A stretch of 64,000 nucleotides of DNA from a virus. Lineage: Duplodnaviria; Caudoviricetes. Location of the stretch: positions 43,315 to 107,314 of the IMG/VR virus record IMGVR_UViG_3300021400_001327; one strand, written 5' to 3'. Shown here in pieces: positions 52,243 to 61,605 of this stretch. The position numbers and the translations under genes are program-made. Numbering within the stretch: position 1 is the stretch's first letter; each line of letters starts with the position of its first letter. The notes below the pieces were generated by a model. The model was not told the origin of the DNA, did no database searches, and was given only the letters and a program-made list of their open reading frames with translations.

Positions 52243-52650
52243 ATGAAAACACTGACGCGCATTGTATCAGCAACACTGTTGTTTTCTTTGGTTTGTCTGG
52301 CGCTATTGCTCTGCTTCGGTTACCGCACAGCTGTTTCCGATAGCATCACATCAGACACAATCAAGCCAGACCCGTCCATCGTCCTGCTTGAACCCACGCC
52401 GACCCCTGTCCCGAAGACTGTGCTGATCTTCTGCTCGCGCCAGCCCACTATGATGACAGGCGACCCCGTCAGGCTGACGTCAAAGCTGACTGGCTTTGAT
52501 GGCCTGAGCGTGAGCTACCAATGGCAGTGTGACAAAGGCGGCGGATTTGAGGACGTGGCTGGGGCGACAAGCGATTCCTATACGTTTCCAGCCACAAGTG
52601 AGACCCTTGGCTGGTCATGGCGGCTGGTGGTCACATATAACACCGATTAA
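52243..52650 (+). CDS. Secreted or membrane protein with Ig-like domain
   Basis: Signal-like N-terminus, YQWQ..GAT..SY. Confidence 0.6.
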   Translation: MKTLTRIVSATLLFSLVCLALLLCFGYRTAVSDSITSDTIKPDPSIVLLEPTPTPVPKTVLIFCSRQPTMMTGDPVRLTSKLTGFDGLSVSYQWQCDKGGGFEDVAGATSDSYTFPATSETLGWSWRLVVTYNTD

Positions 52651-53128
52651 CGATTGACAGGAGATGGTGCCAGTGCAGACGCGAAGCGACAGCGCCACTA
52701 TCAGTAAGCTCAAGGCGGAGATAAAGCGGCACGAGGCACTCGAGCGCAAGCTGTTTGAGATACTGGTGTCGGTGCCGATCAGGAAGACAACCGATATCTA
52801 CGAAGAGCTCTGGAATTACGCGGAAGAGCAGTCGGGTTTTATACCCGAAGGGGAAGATTTCTATGATGAGGTGTAAAAATTGCACCTTGTCGGGAAGGAA
52901 AGTGCAGAATGTCAGAAGAGAAGAAGACATACTTTTTAGAACATACGGCTTTCCCGTGGGATATCACATACTGCGGGAGCGAGAAGTGTCGGCGCAGGGA
53001 CTGCGTCAGACATCTGTGTCACGTACATAATGTAAAACATGTGACATCAATGAAGCCAGACGGCCTGCCGTTACTTTATTCGATGGCTGACTTTGGCAGT
53101 GTGTGCGAGGACTATACGGAGGATCAGA

Positions 53129-53803
53129 ATGCAGGTTGAATTGATTTCCTATACCAACGACCCGCTGTTTACGTGTGAACAGGCGGCGTGTGAGTGTTAC
53201 GACTCCGTGCCGGACAAAGAGCATCCATCCAGGATACTCGGTTCGTGCATCAAAAGCGGGCATCAGTCCGTCAGTGAACACGCGAACTTCACGTTTAGGG
53301 TGACCGGCATTAGTCGCGCCTGTCTCGCCCAACTGACAAGGCACAGGCTGGCAGCGTTCTCTGTGCGTTCACAGCGGTACTGCGGAGAAGGCGAGTTTGG
53401 CTACGTGACGCCGCCGTCCATTGAGCAAAATCCAAACGCGAGAGAGACGTATCACGCGTTGATGCAGACCATCAAGAACGTTTATAACTACTACACGCAA
53501 GACCTCGGTATAGCCAATGAGGACGCGAGATTCGTCCTGCCAAACGCGTGTGAGACGACGCTGACGATGACGGTCAATCTACGTGAGCTCATCCATATCT
53601 GCCACGAGAGGCTGTGCAGTCGAGCTCAATGGGAGATCAGGTGGCTGGTGTCAAAGATGGCCGATCTTGTGGCGGAGAAATTTCCTGAGACAGAGCAGTG
53701 GCTGGTGCCGAAATGCGAAAAGGACCCGGCGCACCCGTTCTGTACTGAGCGGCAGTGCTGTGGGCGGCATAAGAAACTTTCGGAGGTGTATAGGGATGAG
53801 TGA
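53129..53803 (+). CDS. thyX: Flavin-dependent thymidylate synthase
   Basis: GHQSVSEH, RHR-x7-SQRY, EDARFVLP, AQWEIR. Confidence 0.93.
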   Translation: MQVELISYTNDPLFTCEQAACECYDSVPDKEHPSRILGSCIKSGHQSVSEHANFTFRVTGISRACLAQLTRHRLAAFSVRSQRYCGEGEFGYVTPPSIEQNPNARETYHALMQTIKNVYNYYTQDLGIANEDARFVLPNACETTLTMTVNLRELIHICHERLCSRAQWEIRWLVSKMADLVAEKFPETEQWLVPKCEKDPAHPFCTERQCCGRHKKLSEVYRDE

Positions 53804-54215
53804 GAAGGTAGACCATCCGTCATATTACAATCGCGGTAAGGTCGAGGTGATCGACTTTATTGAAGACTGGGACCTTGACTTCTCTATGGGGTGCTTCGTG
53901 AAGTATGTGTGTCGTGCTGGACACAAATCGGACGCGGTTGAGGACCTCGAGAAAGCCAAGTGGTATATCAAGCGATACACAGAACATCCGAGCGAGCCGA
54001 AATTCGATGGTACTTATGATTGGCGGGAGTACGCAGAGTCCCAGGGGCTGTGCCGTGAGTTGTGCATTGCGATGCAATTGGCGCACGACATGTATTTTAC
54101 GCCGGACGAGCTTGTTCTGAACGATATTTTGTTTCTGATCGATACAGCGATCAAAGATATTAAAGCAAAAACATTCACGCCAAGCGTGACGTTTGAATCG
54201 GGGTGTAAGGAATAA
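53796..54215 (+). CDS. DUF3310 protein
   Basis: VDHPSYY...EVIDFI, KYVCRAGHK, EDLEKAKWY. Confidence 0.8.
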   Translation: MSEKVDHPSYYNRGKVEVIDFIEDWDLDFSMGCFVKYVCRAGHKSDAVEDLEKAKWYIKRYTEHPSEPKFDGTYDWREYAESQGLCRELCIAMQLAHDMYFTPDELVLNDILFLIDTAIKDIKAKTFTPSVTFESGCKE

Positions 54216-54433
54216 TGGGCTATAAACTTTACGGACTTCATGGCTGCGGCATGTGTGCCGCGCTTGAACAGCAGATGCGGGAAAAGGGTGTCCCGTACGA
54301 AAAAATCGAGGACAAGGAAAAGATCATGGCGATGGATCTGGATAGTATTCCGGCGCTTGATACGGGCGACAAGGTAATGTATTTTCCAGAGGCCATCATG
54401 TTTCTTCGGAATACACAGTTTATCTACACATAA
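54215..54433 (+). CDS. nrdH: NrdH/glutaredoxin-like redoxin
   Basis: CGMC and SIP cis-Pro, next to RNR. Confidence 0.7.
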   Translation: MGYKLYGLHGCGMCAALEQQMREKGVPYEKIEDKEKIMAMDLDSIPALDTGDKVMYFPEAIMFLRNTQFIYT

Positions 54434-54461
54434 ATAACATTACACGAAAGGGTGATCTCCT

Positions 54462-56369
54462 ATGACGGATGCTGAAAAGCGGCTCCTGCTTGATCAATAT
54501 TTACCATTCATGAATGACCTTGACTTCATTGACCGCTATTGCAACGCTGAAAACGCGGCCTCGGGCAGTGAGGTCGATCCAAACTCCAACGTCCGCAATA
54601 AGAACGTCGCTACGCTGGAGAGCGAGATTCATAAAAAGAAGAACATCTTTGCCAATCGGCTTCGCATGTTTAACACGATTAAAGAAATCTACGGCGAAGA
54701 CCTCGCCTATCAATATTTGTATGACCTTGAGCACCACATCATATACCGTAACGACGAGACAGGTTTGGTCGGAAAACCATATTGCGCTGCCATCTCCCTT
54801 TACCCTCTGCTGGTCAGCGGTCTGAAGGGTGTGGGCGGGCAGTCCTCTGCACCTAAGAATCTGGAGTCCTACTGCGGCAACTACATCAACCTTGTGTTCG
54901 CGGTCTCCGCGCTGATCCTCGGCGCTTGTGCGACCCCCGAGTTCCTGACCATCTTCGATTACTTTGCGCGTAAGGATATGGGCGAAGACTACTGGCAGTA
55001 TCCTGACCGTGTCGTCTTTAACTCTCCTATCCGCAAACGCACCATTGATCAGTATATCTGTGATAAGTTCCAGCAGGTGGTGTATTCCCTGAATCAGCCC
55101 GCAGGCAGCAGAACATACCAGAGTCCGTTTATCAACTTCTCCTATTTCGATAAAGAATACTTCGACGCTTTGTTCAATGGATATTACTTCCCCGATGGCA
55201 CACAGCCAAAGTGGGAGAGCCTGCAGTGGCTACAAAAACGCTTCATGAAATGGTTTAATGAGGAGAGAAGAAAGGTAATCCTCACGTTCCCAGTGGAGAC
55301 GTTCTCAATCCTTAATAATGGGGAAAGCTTTCCTGATGAAGACTCTTTTAATTGGATTGCTCAGATGTATAGCGAGGGGCATAGCTTCTTCACGTATACG
55401 TCTGATACAGTAGATAGTTTGAGTTCTTGTTGTAGATTGCGAAACGGTATTGATCTCGAAGAAAACGTATTCAGCTATTCTCTTGGCGCTGGCTCCATCC
55501 AAACCGGCAGCCTCTGCGTTATTACTCTGAATATCAGCCGCACTGTACAGGACGCGAAGCGTGAGGGTCGCGACATCTCTGACATGATTACCGAGCGCGT
55601 ATCCCGTATCCACAAGTATCTGATTGCCTTCCGCAAGATCCTTCAGGATATGATTGACGCACATATGATCCCGATTTATGAGGAGCCGATGTTCATCGAT
55701 CCCAACAAGTGCTATCTGACTGTCGGCATCAACGGCCTGAATGAGGGTGCTGAATTCCTTGGCATTGAGCCTTCCAACAATGAAGACTACCAGCAGTATG
55801 TGGCCTCTATTCTGAAACCGATTTACGAACTCGATAAGGCGGATCGCGTCGCCGGGAAATACAAGTTTAACTGCGAGTGCATCCCAGGTGAGTCAGTCGG
55901 TGTGCGCTTCCGCAAGTGGGATGCCCGTGACGGCTATTGGGTTCCCGACCGTATCGCGTACAACAGCTACATCTACCGCTCTGACGACCCAAACATCCAG
56001 CCCACCGAGAAGTTCGTCATGCATGGCGAGAACTATACCCAGTGGCTCGACGGCGGTTCCGCTCTGCATCTGAACCTCAATGAGCACCTGACCAAAGAGC
56101 AGTACAAACGGCTGTTGAAGCTCGCTGCCAAGAACAAGACCGGACTGTTCACCATGAATATCCCGAACACCGTCTGCAAATCCTGCGGTCATATCTCCAA
56201 GCATTACCTCCAGAAGTGCCCTGAGTGCGGCAGCGAGGATGTCGACTACGCGGTTCGCCCCATTGGCTACCTAACACTTGTGTCACGCTGGTCGCTTGAG
56301 CGGCAGGAGGAGTTCAAGAAGCGGTACTTCGCAGATCCGCAGAAAGTTGATGAGGTAAAGAATGATTAA
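54462..56369 (+). CDS. nrdD: Anaerobic ribonucleotide reductase class III (no ATP cone)
   Basis: PYC, SSCCRL, CKSC..CPEC, RPIGYL glycyl-radical loop. Confidence 0.93.
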   Translation: MTDAEKRLLLDQYLPFMNDLDFIDRYCNAENAASGSEVDPNSNVRNKNVATLESEIHKKKNIFANRLRMFNTIKEIYGEDLAYQYLYDLEHHIIYRNDETGLVGKPYCAAISLYPLLVSGLKGVGGQSSAPKNLESYCGNYINLVFAVSALILGACATPEFLTIFDYFARKDMGEDYWQYPDRVVFNSPIRKRTIDQYICDKFQQVVYSLNQPAGSRTYQSPFINFSYFDKEYFDALFNGYYFPDGTQPKWESLQWLQKRFMKWFNEERRKVILTFPVETFSILNNGESFPDEDSFNWIAQMYSEGHSFFTYTSDTVDSLSSCCRLRNGIDLEENVFSYSLGAGSIQTGSLCVITLNISRTVQDAKREGRDISDMITERVSRIHKYLIAFRKILQDMIDAHMIPIYEEPMFIDPNKCYLTVGINGLNEGAEFLGIEPSNNEDYQQYVASILKPIYELDKADRVAGKYKFNCECIPGESVGVRFRKWDARDGYWVPDRIAYNSYIYRSDDPNIQPTEKFVMHGENYTQWLDGGSALHLNLNEHLTKEQYKRLLKLAAKNKTGLFTMNIPNTVCKSCGHISKHYLQKCPECGSEDVDYAVRPIGYLTLVSRWSLERQEEFKKRYFADPQKVDEVKND

Positions 56370-56850
56370 ATACGTCTCTCACGCCATTACCTTCGCCGAA
56401 GTCCCTGACGAGATCAGTCTGACCCTGGCCATCTCTAACTGCGGTGGCCACTGCCAAGGCTGTCACTCGCCGGAGCTCCGGCAGGATATTGGGCGTGACC
56501 TCGAAACCGACCTTCCAGACCTGATCAAAAAGTATCGTAACCAAATCACCTGTGTTTGCTTCCTCGGCCAAGGTAACGATATCGATGCACTCAATGAGTG
56601 TATCGCCTACTGCCACTATCACGGCCTGAACTCATGTCTGTATACAGGGCGAGACTCTTTCGACGTATTCCAGACGCCCTACTTGACATATCTCAAGGTC
56701 GGGCCATACGACGAAAAGCTCGGCGGCATCGATAAAGTGACGACTAATCAGAAGATGTATCAATTCTATTGGGCACCCGATATCAGCGCGTCGATGATGG
56801 TTACGCGATACGATATCACACACAAATTCTGGCGCAAACCTGTGGTGTGA
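56362..56850 (+). CDS. nrdG: RNR activating enzyme
   Basis: CGGHCQGC radical-SAM motif, EVPDEISL. Confidence 0.9.
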   Translation: MIKYVSHAITFAEVPDEISLTLAISNCGGHCQGCHSPELRQDIGRDLETDLPDLIKKYRNQITCVCFLGQGNDIDALNECIAYCHYHGLNSCLYTGRDSFDVFQTPYLTYLKVGPYDEKLGGIDKVTTNQKMYQFYWAPDISASMMVTRYDITHKFWRKPVV

Positions 56851-56889
56851 CATATGGTTTAAGAAAATCAGAGCCGAGGGAGGAAGAGT

Positions 56890-57282
56890 ATGAAGGTCGC
56901 TGAAATGTCGAGAGAGGATTTTGAAAAAGTTCCAGAGCGAAAACACTTTGATGAACAGATTGGTTTGTTTAACTCTCTTGTAATTCTTCCAATGGACTAT
57001 TTGCACGACAGCGGTTATAAGTGTATGGATTTTATTGCCGTTGATAATAATGATGAACCGATATGTAGGCTGTCGGGGTATTCAGATGTTTTGCATCTTG
57101 ATGGGATTGGCGGGTGTGGAGAGCATAACGGGAGAATTGCCACTAATAGGCCGGTTGAAGGGTGGTCGATTGATTGTTTACCATGCGGTCTTTTGAGAGT
57201 TTTTTGTAAAGGATGGATAGCAGCAGGTGCTGCTGTTAGTAGCTTTGAGGTTTTCTTTCATGATAGGAACGAAAAAAGATAA
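56890..57282 (+). CDS. Hypothetical protein
   Basis: GGGAGG RBS, HDSGY. Confidence 0.7.
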   Translation: MKVAEMSREDFEKVPERKHFDEQIGLFNSLVILPMDYLHDSGYKCMDFIAVDNNDEPICRLSGYSDVLHLDGIGGCGEHNGRIATNRPVEGWSIDCLPCGLLRVFCKGWIAAGAAVSSFEVFFHDRNEKR

Positions 57283-57301
57283 GTGTGTTAATCAGGAGTT
57301 T

Positions 57302-57452
57302 AAGCGGTGGCGAAATATGTAGACGCTTACACTATGCCGGTTGATATGACATATGTCTTATCTTCTAAGAAGAGCTACGGCACGTTACCACCTGTGGTCC
57401 CAAATCGGCCGTTGGAATGCTCTTTATGTGAGGTGCAAATCCTCACCTGCTT
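57302..57452 (+). ncRNA. tRNA-like RNA with large insert
   Basis: AAGCGG/CTGCTT acceptor stem, Leu-type D-arm, GTGAGG-TGCAAAT-CCTCAC T-arm. Confidence 0.65.
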
Positions 57453-57469
57453 AACGAAATAACATTTTT

Positions 57470-57559
57470 ATGCGGTGGTGCAAGCATAGCACTCCGCCGG
57501 GGTGTAGGCGTAGTAGCCGATAGCCGGGGGCAATGTCAGGTGAAATGCCTGTCCCGCAT
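57470..57559 (+). ncRNA. tRNA-like RNA
   Basis: ATGCGG/CCGCAT, GTGC/GCAC D-arm, GTCAGG-TGAAATG-CCTGTC. Confidence 0.55.
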
Positions 57560-57763
57560 TAAATAGGAGCTTTGTAGAATGGAAGGAATCTGTGACAACT
57601 GCCGGAATGCAGAACAATGCGACAGTGCTAAAACAATGATTGGCATCAGAATTGAATGCAGTATGTTTCTACCAAAGGACAGAGTACCTTATGAGGATGA
57701 GATAACGGGCTTTGTTTCAACAGTAAAGCAGTGTAACAAGAAGGCTTAAATAGGAGCTTTGAA

Positions 57764-57994
57764 ATGGCTGATTATCATGTTGGCACTGGTGAAATAACTG
57801 GAGAAATCTATGCTGGCGTATTAGCGAAAGACTGCAAATCATGGCGCAGTCGTTCGATTGTGACAGATGCGGCAATCTGTGCTGTACGGGATCATCTCAT
57901 TAATCAAATGGAGCAAAGCAAGCAAGATTGGTTTGGTTATGAGTGGTCACGGAAAGACGGCAAGAAGGTCGTATTGAGCGTTGCCGTCAAATGA
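57764..57994 (+). CDS. Cassette protein (copy 2 of MADYHVG...)
   Basis: Near-identical to 38538-38768. Confidence 0.8.
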   Translation: MADYHVGTGEITGEIYAGVLAKDCKSWRSRSIVTDAAICAVRDHLINQMEQSKQDWFGYEWSRKDGKKVVLSVAVK

Positions 57995-58869
57995 CTCAAA
58001 TAACACTTGTACTGCGGTGGCTACGAAGGATGGGGATTGGATAGCGTAATTGATGGGTATCCGCAGATGGTTAAAATTAGGAGCATAAACCATGAACGAC
58101 ATTGATTCTATGCCGCCGAAATGTCATGATTGTCCTTATTGGGAGATGTGCGAAGAACCGTATATATGCCCAACGCAAGATGAAAAGAAGGAACTTGAAT
58201 AACACTTTGGTTAGAGCCTGACACGCCTCTGATGACGGTGATTCAAGCGGACCACGTTAGGACATTTGGCAGAGAATGCCGTCACGTTCTCTGCGACTTC
58301 AATAGGAGTTTTGTATGATTGGACTAAAGAGTTCCATGCCTGATAAATGCCTTTGTTGTCCATGTCTCCATACCATATTGGTAGACGGTATGGCAGTTCG
58401 TTTCTGTATGGCTAAACACAGGGACATCGTTATTATATCAGAAAACGAAGTAAAGAATTCCTCAGAGTGGATGAACTTTCCGAAACCGGATTGGTGTCCC
58501 TGGGTTGAAGTAAATTAAACAGGAGAATAAAATGACAGGGCAAGAATTGATAGAATACATTATAAACAATCATCTGGAAAATTATATCGTTGTAGTGTCT
58601 CAAGAAGTTGGTGAAAGCAGTTATCCAGCAAGAGAAATCGAAATAGACAATACTCTAAAGACATTTGAGATAACATAAATTAAATAGGAGTTTTGATTAT
58701 GACAGTAAAAGAATTGATTGAAAAACTGAAAAAGGAGAACCCTGATGCGTTGGTTTATACAATAGATACTTCAGACGATGATATCGCGCTGATTGTAACC
58801 AAAGTTAGCAGGAATATTCTTGAAGGGAAAGACGAGACAGTTACAATACATTAAACAGGAGAACAAAGT

Positions 58870-59214
58870 ATGAAAGACTATAGTTTTGCCCAACAGACAG
58901 ATGAACTCAAGAGGCTAATCGCAGAGCATCCAGATTATCAAATCGTAGTGCTTGCAGGCGAGGAGGCATACATCGGCGATTATGCGTGGACGTGCTGTAG
59001 TGATGTCAGGTTTGCTATTGGTGAAATCTTAGACACGGACTATTACGATTATGACGATGCCATTATTACCGATAGAGAGAGACTGGAAGAAATAATAGAA
59101 GATCGTCTTTATGATGAGTTTGAGAGCGATGAACTGGACAAGGCCGTGAAAGACAAGATGGCGGAGCTTGAACCGTATTGGAAGAATGTTATTTTTATAT
59201 ACGCAACAAACTAA
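58870..59214 (+). CDS. Acidic hypothetical cassette protein
   Basis: 114-aa ORF between two sites. Confidence 0.7.
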   Translation: MKDYSFAQQTDELKRLIAEHPDYQIVVLAGEEAYIGDYAWTCCSDVRFAIGEILDTDYYDYDDAIITDRERLEEIIEDRLYDEFESDELDKAVKDKMAELEPYWKNVIFIYATN

Positions 59215-59225
59215 AATAGGAGCTT

Positions 59226-59435
59226 AAGCGGTGGCGGAACAGGTAGACGCAGAGATCAGACTTGACTGGTAGTAATCGGCGCGTAGGCCCATGTGGCGGA
59301 TGTGGATGCGACACCACTGTTAAAAAAGCATAACGGTTGCGCTGGTGCCAAACGAGGAGCGTACAGGCTGAAAGCTCCCGCCAATCAGGGGTTGCTTCAA
59401 ATCCAGTCATGTGAGGTGCAAATCCTCACCCGCTT
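59226..59435 (+). ncRNA. tRNA-like RNA with large insert
   Basis: AAGCGG/CCGCTT, GGCGGAACAGGTAGACGC, T-arm identical to the 57302 unit. Confidence 0.65.
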
Positions 59436-60061
59436 TAACGTAAATAGGAGGATAAACTATGCAGGGAAATGTAACCAAAGAAATATGCTTGACACTTGAC
59501 CAATGGGAAAAAGTGAAAAATGCGCTCAATTTTTACGAATGCGCTGCCGTTGAGTTTTTATCAATTACTGACAGGGAGAATTTCAGCGAAGAATACATCA
59601 TACCTATATATAATCAACTGCCTGACGAGGTTTTCTAAGCGTCTTAAATTAGGAGTTTTTATATCATGGCTATGGATTACATTCCAGATGACTGTACTTG
59701 TTGTATGTATTTGGACAAATGTGGCGTATGTCAAAAATATAACAAGAAAGCGGTTAATCCAGATGATTTATCAGACCCGTTCGCGGAAATAGAGAAACCA
59801 GATTGGTGCAATATTGGAGAGCAAGAGTGTAATTAAATAGGAGTTTAAATGATTAAGTGGATAAAACGTATGCTTGAATTGCACAGAAAACGAAAGACCT
59901 GTTATTTCAGGACGAGACCATACTTTCATCCGCCTTGCAAGTATCCAAATAATGAAGAATGTAAATTGTGTAGGTATAAAAAGTAAATGTTCTTTTAGTC
60001 AAACACGATTTACCAAATCTTGATTATATAAATCGACATTATATATTAAGGAGGTGAAGCT

Positions 60062-60622
60062 ATGTACAAACCTAAACCAAAGGCGATTTACTACAGCAAA
60101 GACAAAGTCCGCTATGATTATCCAAGCAAAAAGTACGTTTGGAAAGAAGGCAAGAGTGGCACATTGTGGTCGATGGGAACATATCCTACAAAGATTAGGC
60201 CATGCGATCTGTCTGATGACTACATCAAAGTATATCTGTATGGCGACTACAAATACCTGAGAGCGTCTGGCATCAAAGACATGTACTACAAGCCAAACAT
60301 GTGGATTAACCATTTTCTAAAGGATGATGTCCTATACATCTCCTACGGTAAGCCGCTAATAATTGCGCCCGACAGGTATGGTTATGAGCGATGTGACAAC
60401 TATGACGTCGCCCTGTTTGGCAACGACATCATGCTCTTTATAGCAGCTGCCAAACGTTACTCCAACTACGACGTCAGTAAGTTTGAACAAGCGATTAAAG
60501 ACAAGCTCATCCACTTCAGGACCAAATTTCCAGAAGATGCGGCGCACATTTCCAATGGTTGGGATTACAGGCCGGAAGACTACGATAATAAAATAAAGGA
60601 ATTGGCGAGACATGAATGGTAA
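60062..60622 (+). CDS. Hypothetical protein
   Basis: AAGGAGGTGA RBS. Confidence 0.75.
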   Translation: MYKPKPKAIYYSKDKVRYDYPSKKYVWKEGKSGTLWSMGTYPTKIRPCDLSDDYIKVYLYGDYKYLRASGIKDMYYKPNMWINHFLKDDVLYISYGKPLIIAPDRYGYERCDNYDVALFGNDIMLFIAAAKRYSNYDVSKFEQAIKDKLIHFRTKFPEDAAHISNGWDYRPEDYDNKIKELARHEW

Positions 60623-61097
60623 TAAAGAGAAACAGATCGCACGACGCCAGAAAATACTCGAGATTATCACGAGCGAGCGCGTCGACAGTGTTCCTGAGCT
60701 CCGCGAAAAGCTCGATGCAGAGGGCTACCACTGCGACCGCGCCACCGTCTACAGAGATATCCAGGCGATGGGACTCATCACCGCCGTTCAAAGAGATGGC
60801 ACGGTTGGCATAGCGACCCCAGAGAGAGTCGCCTATGAGAGTGTGTCAGAGCGCTTGTCTAAGCTGACGGTGGAAGCTGTATACGATGTTGTCAGTTATA
60901 AGGACATGGTAAAGATACGCTGTGTGCGCGGGTGCGCGGAGGCTGTTGCCGCTTCTGTTGAGGGGCTGAGGCTCCAAGAGGTGTTTTGCTGCATGTCGTC
61001 GTTTGATTATGTGATAGTTATATGCCTGCACGAAGAGGGCGCCGCAAAGGTGGCTGATATATTAAGAAGGGCGGTGTTTGGCGATGATTATGTTTGA
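60612..61097 (+). CDS. argR: ArgR/AhrC-like transcriptional regulator
   Basis: RRQKILEII...EL...L...G...RATVYRDI..MGL wHTH plus ArgR-like C-terminal domain. Confidence 0.75.
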   Translation: MNGNKEKQIARRQKILEIITSERVDSVPELREKLDAEGYHCDRATVYRDIQAMGLITAVQRDGTVGIATPERVAYESVSERLSKLTVEAVYDVVSYKDMVKIRCVRGCAEAVAASVEGLRLQEVFCCMSSFDYVIVICLHEEGAAKVADILRRAVFGDDYV

Positions 61098-61593
61098 GAA
61101 GGTTCCATTTGATATTTTCGTAGATACTGTGAATAATCTTGATTTAGGCATTATGTTTCCAAGCGATCCCGGTTTTTTGTATAATACACTGCATGACCTA
61201 CAGATGCCCACGCGGGCAACCAAAGGCTCGGCTGGTTACGACATTCATACTCCCTTCGCGTTCCCGCTTAACCCCGGAAAAAGCGTTATTATCCCAACTG
61301 GGCTCAGATGCCTGATGCCGCATGACGTGGTCCTGATGCTCTACCCACGCTCCGGCCTTGGCTTTAAGTATCGGTTAAGGCTGAACAACACCGTCGGCGT
61401 GGTAGACAGCGATTTTGCGAACTCTGACAGTAAAGGCCACATACTGCTGAAACTCAGCAACGAGGGCGATAAGCGTATAGAGTTCAAAGCCAACGACCGC
61501 GTGTGTCAGGGCATATTCACTCATTACCTGCTGACCGATGACGACGCCGCAGACGGTGAGCGTACCGGCGGCTTCGGCAGCACAGACAAATAA
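61090..61593 (+). CDS. dut: Trimeric dUTPase
   Basis: SAGYD, RSGLG, GVVDSD, QGIF, RTGGFGST. Confidence 0.93.
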   Translation: MFEKVPFDIFVDTVNNLDLGIMFPSDPGFLYNTLHDLQMPTRATKGSAGYDIHTPFAFPLNPGKSVIIPTGLRCLMPHDVVLMLYPRSGLGFKYRLRLNNTVGVVDSDFANSDSKGHILLKLSNEGDKRIEFKANDRVCQGIFTHYLLTDDDAADGERTGGFGSTDK

Positions 61594-61605
61594 AGGAGGT
61601 GCGCC

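Larger units (their letters stand above)
57288..60042 (+). repeat. Mini-cassette array 2 (small ORFs plus ncRNA units)
   Basis: Sites at 57288, 57455, 57559, 57746, 57996, 58072, 58195, 58298, 58515, 58680, 58851, 59212, 59440, 59644, 59833, 59984. Confidence 0.8.

Noticed and set aside
46233-56369. Inteins in helicase, DnaE or NrdD
   Set aside because: Lengths are normal and no C...HN-C/S/T boundaries were seen.
38538-57994. Diversity-generating retroelement TR/VR pair
   Set aside because: Both copies are complete genes, the differences are not adenine-specific, and there is no reverse transcriptase in the window.
58229-58262. Hammerhead ribozyme (CTGATGA)
   Set aside because: No downstream GAAA or stem III arrangement.
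57302-59435. Canonical tRNA or tmRNA genes
   Set aside because: No 7-nt anticodon loop at the expected place, no CCA, and no tmRNA Ala-type acceptor. Kept only as tRNA-like RNAs.
37492-60042. CRISPR array or classical integron attC array
   Set aside because: The repeats are 16 bp and degenerate and are separated by whole genes. I see no cas operon, attC hairpins or IntI.
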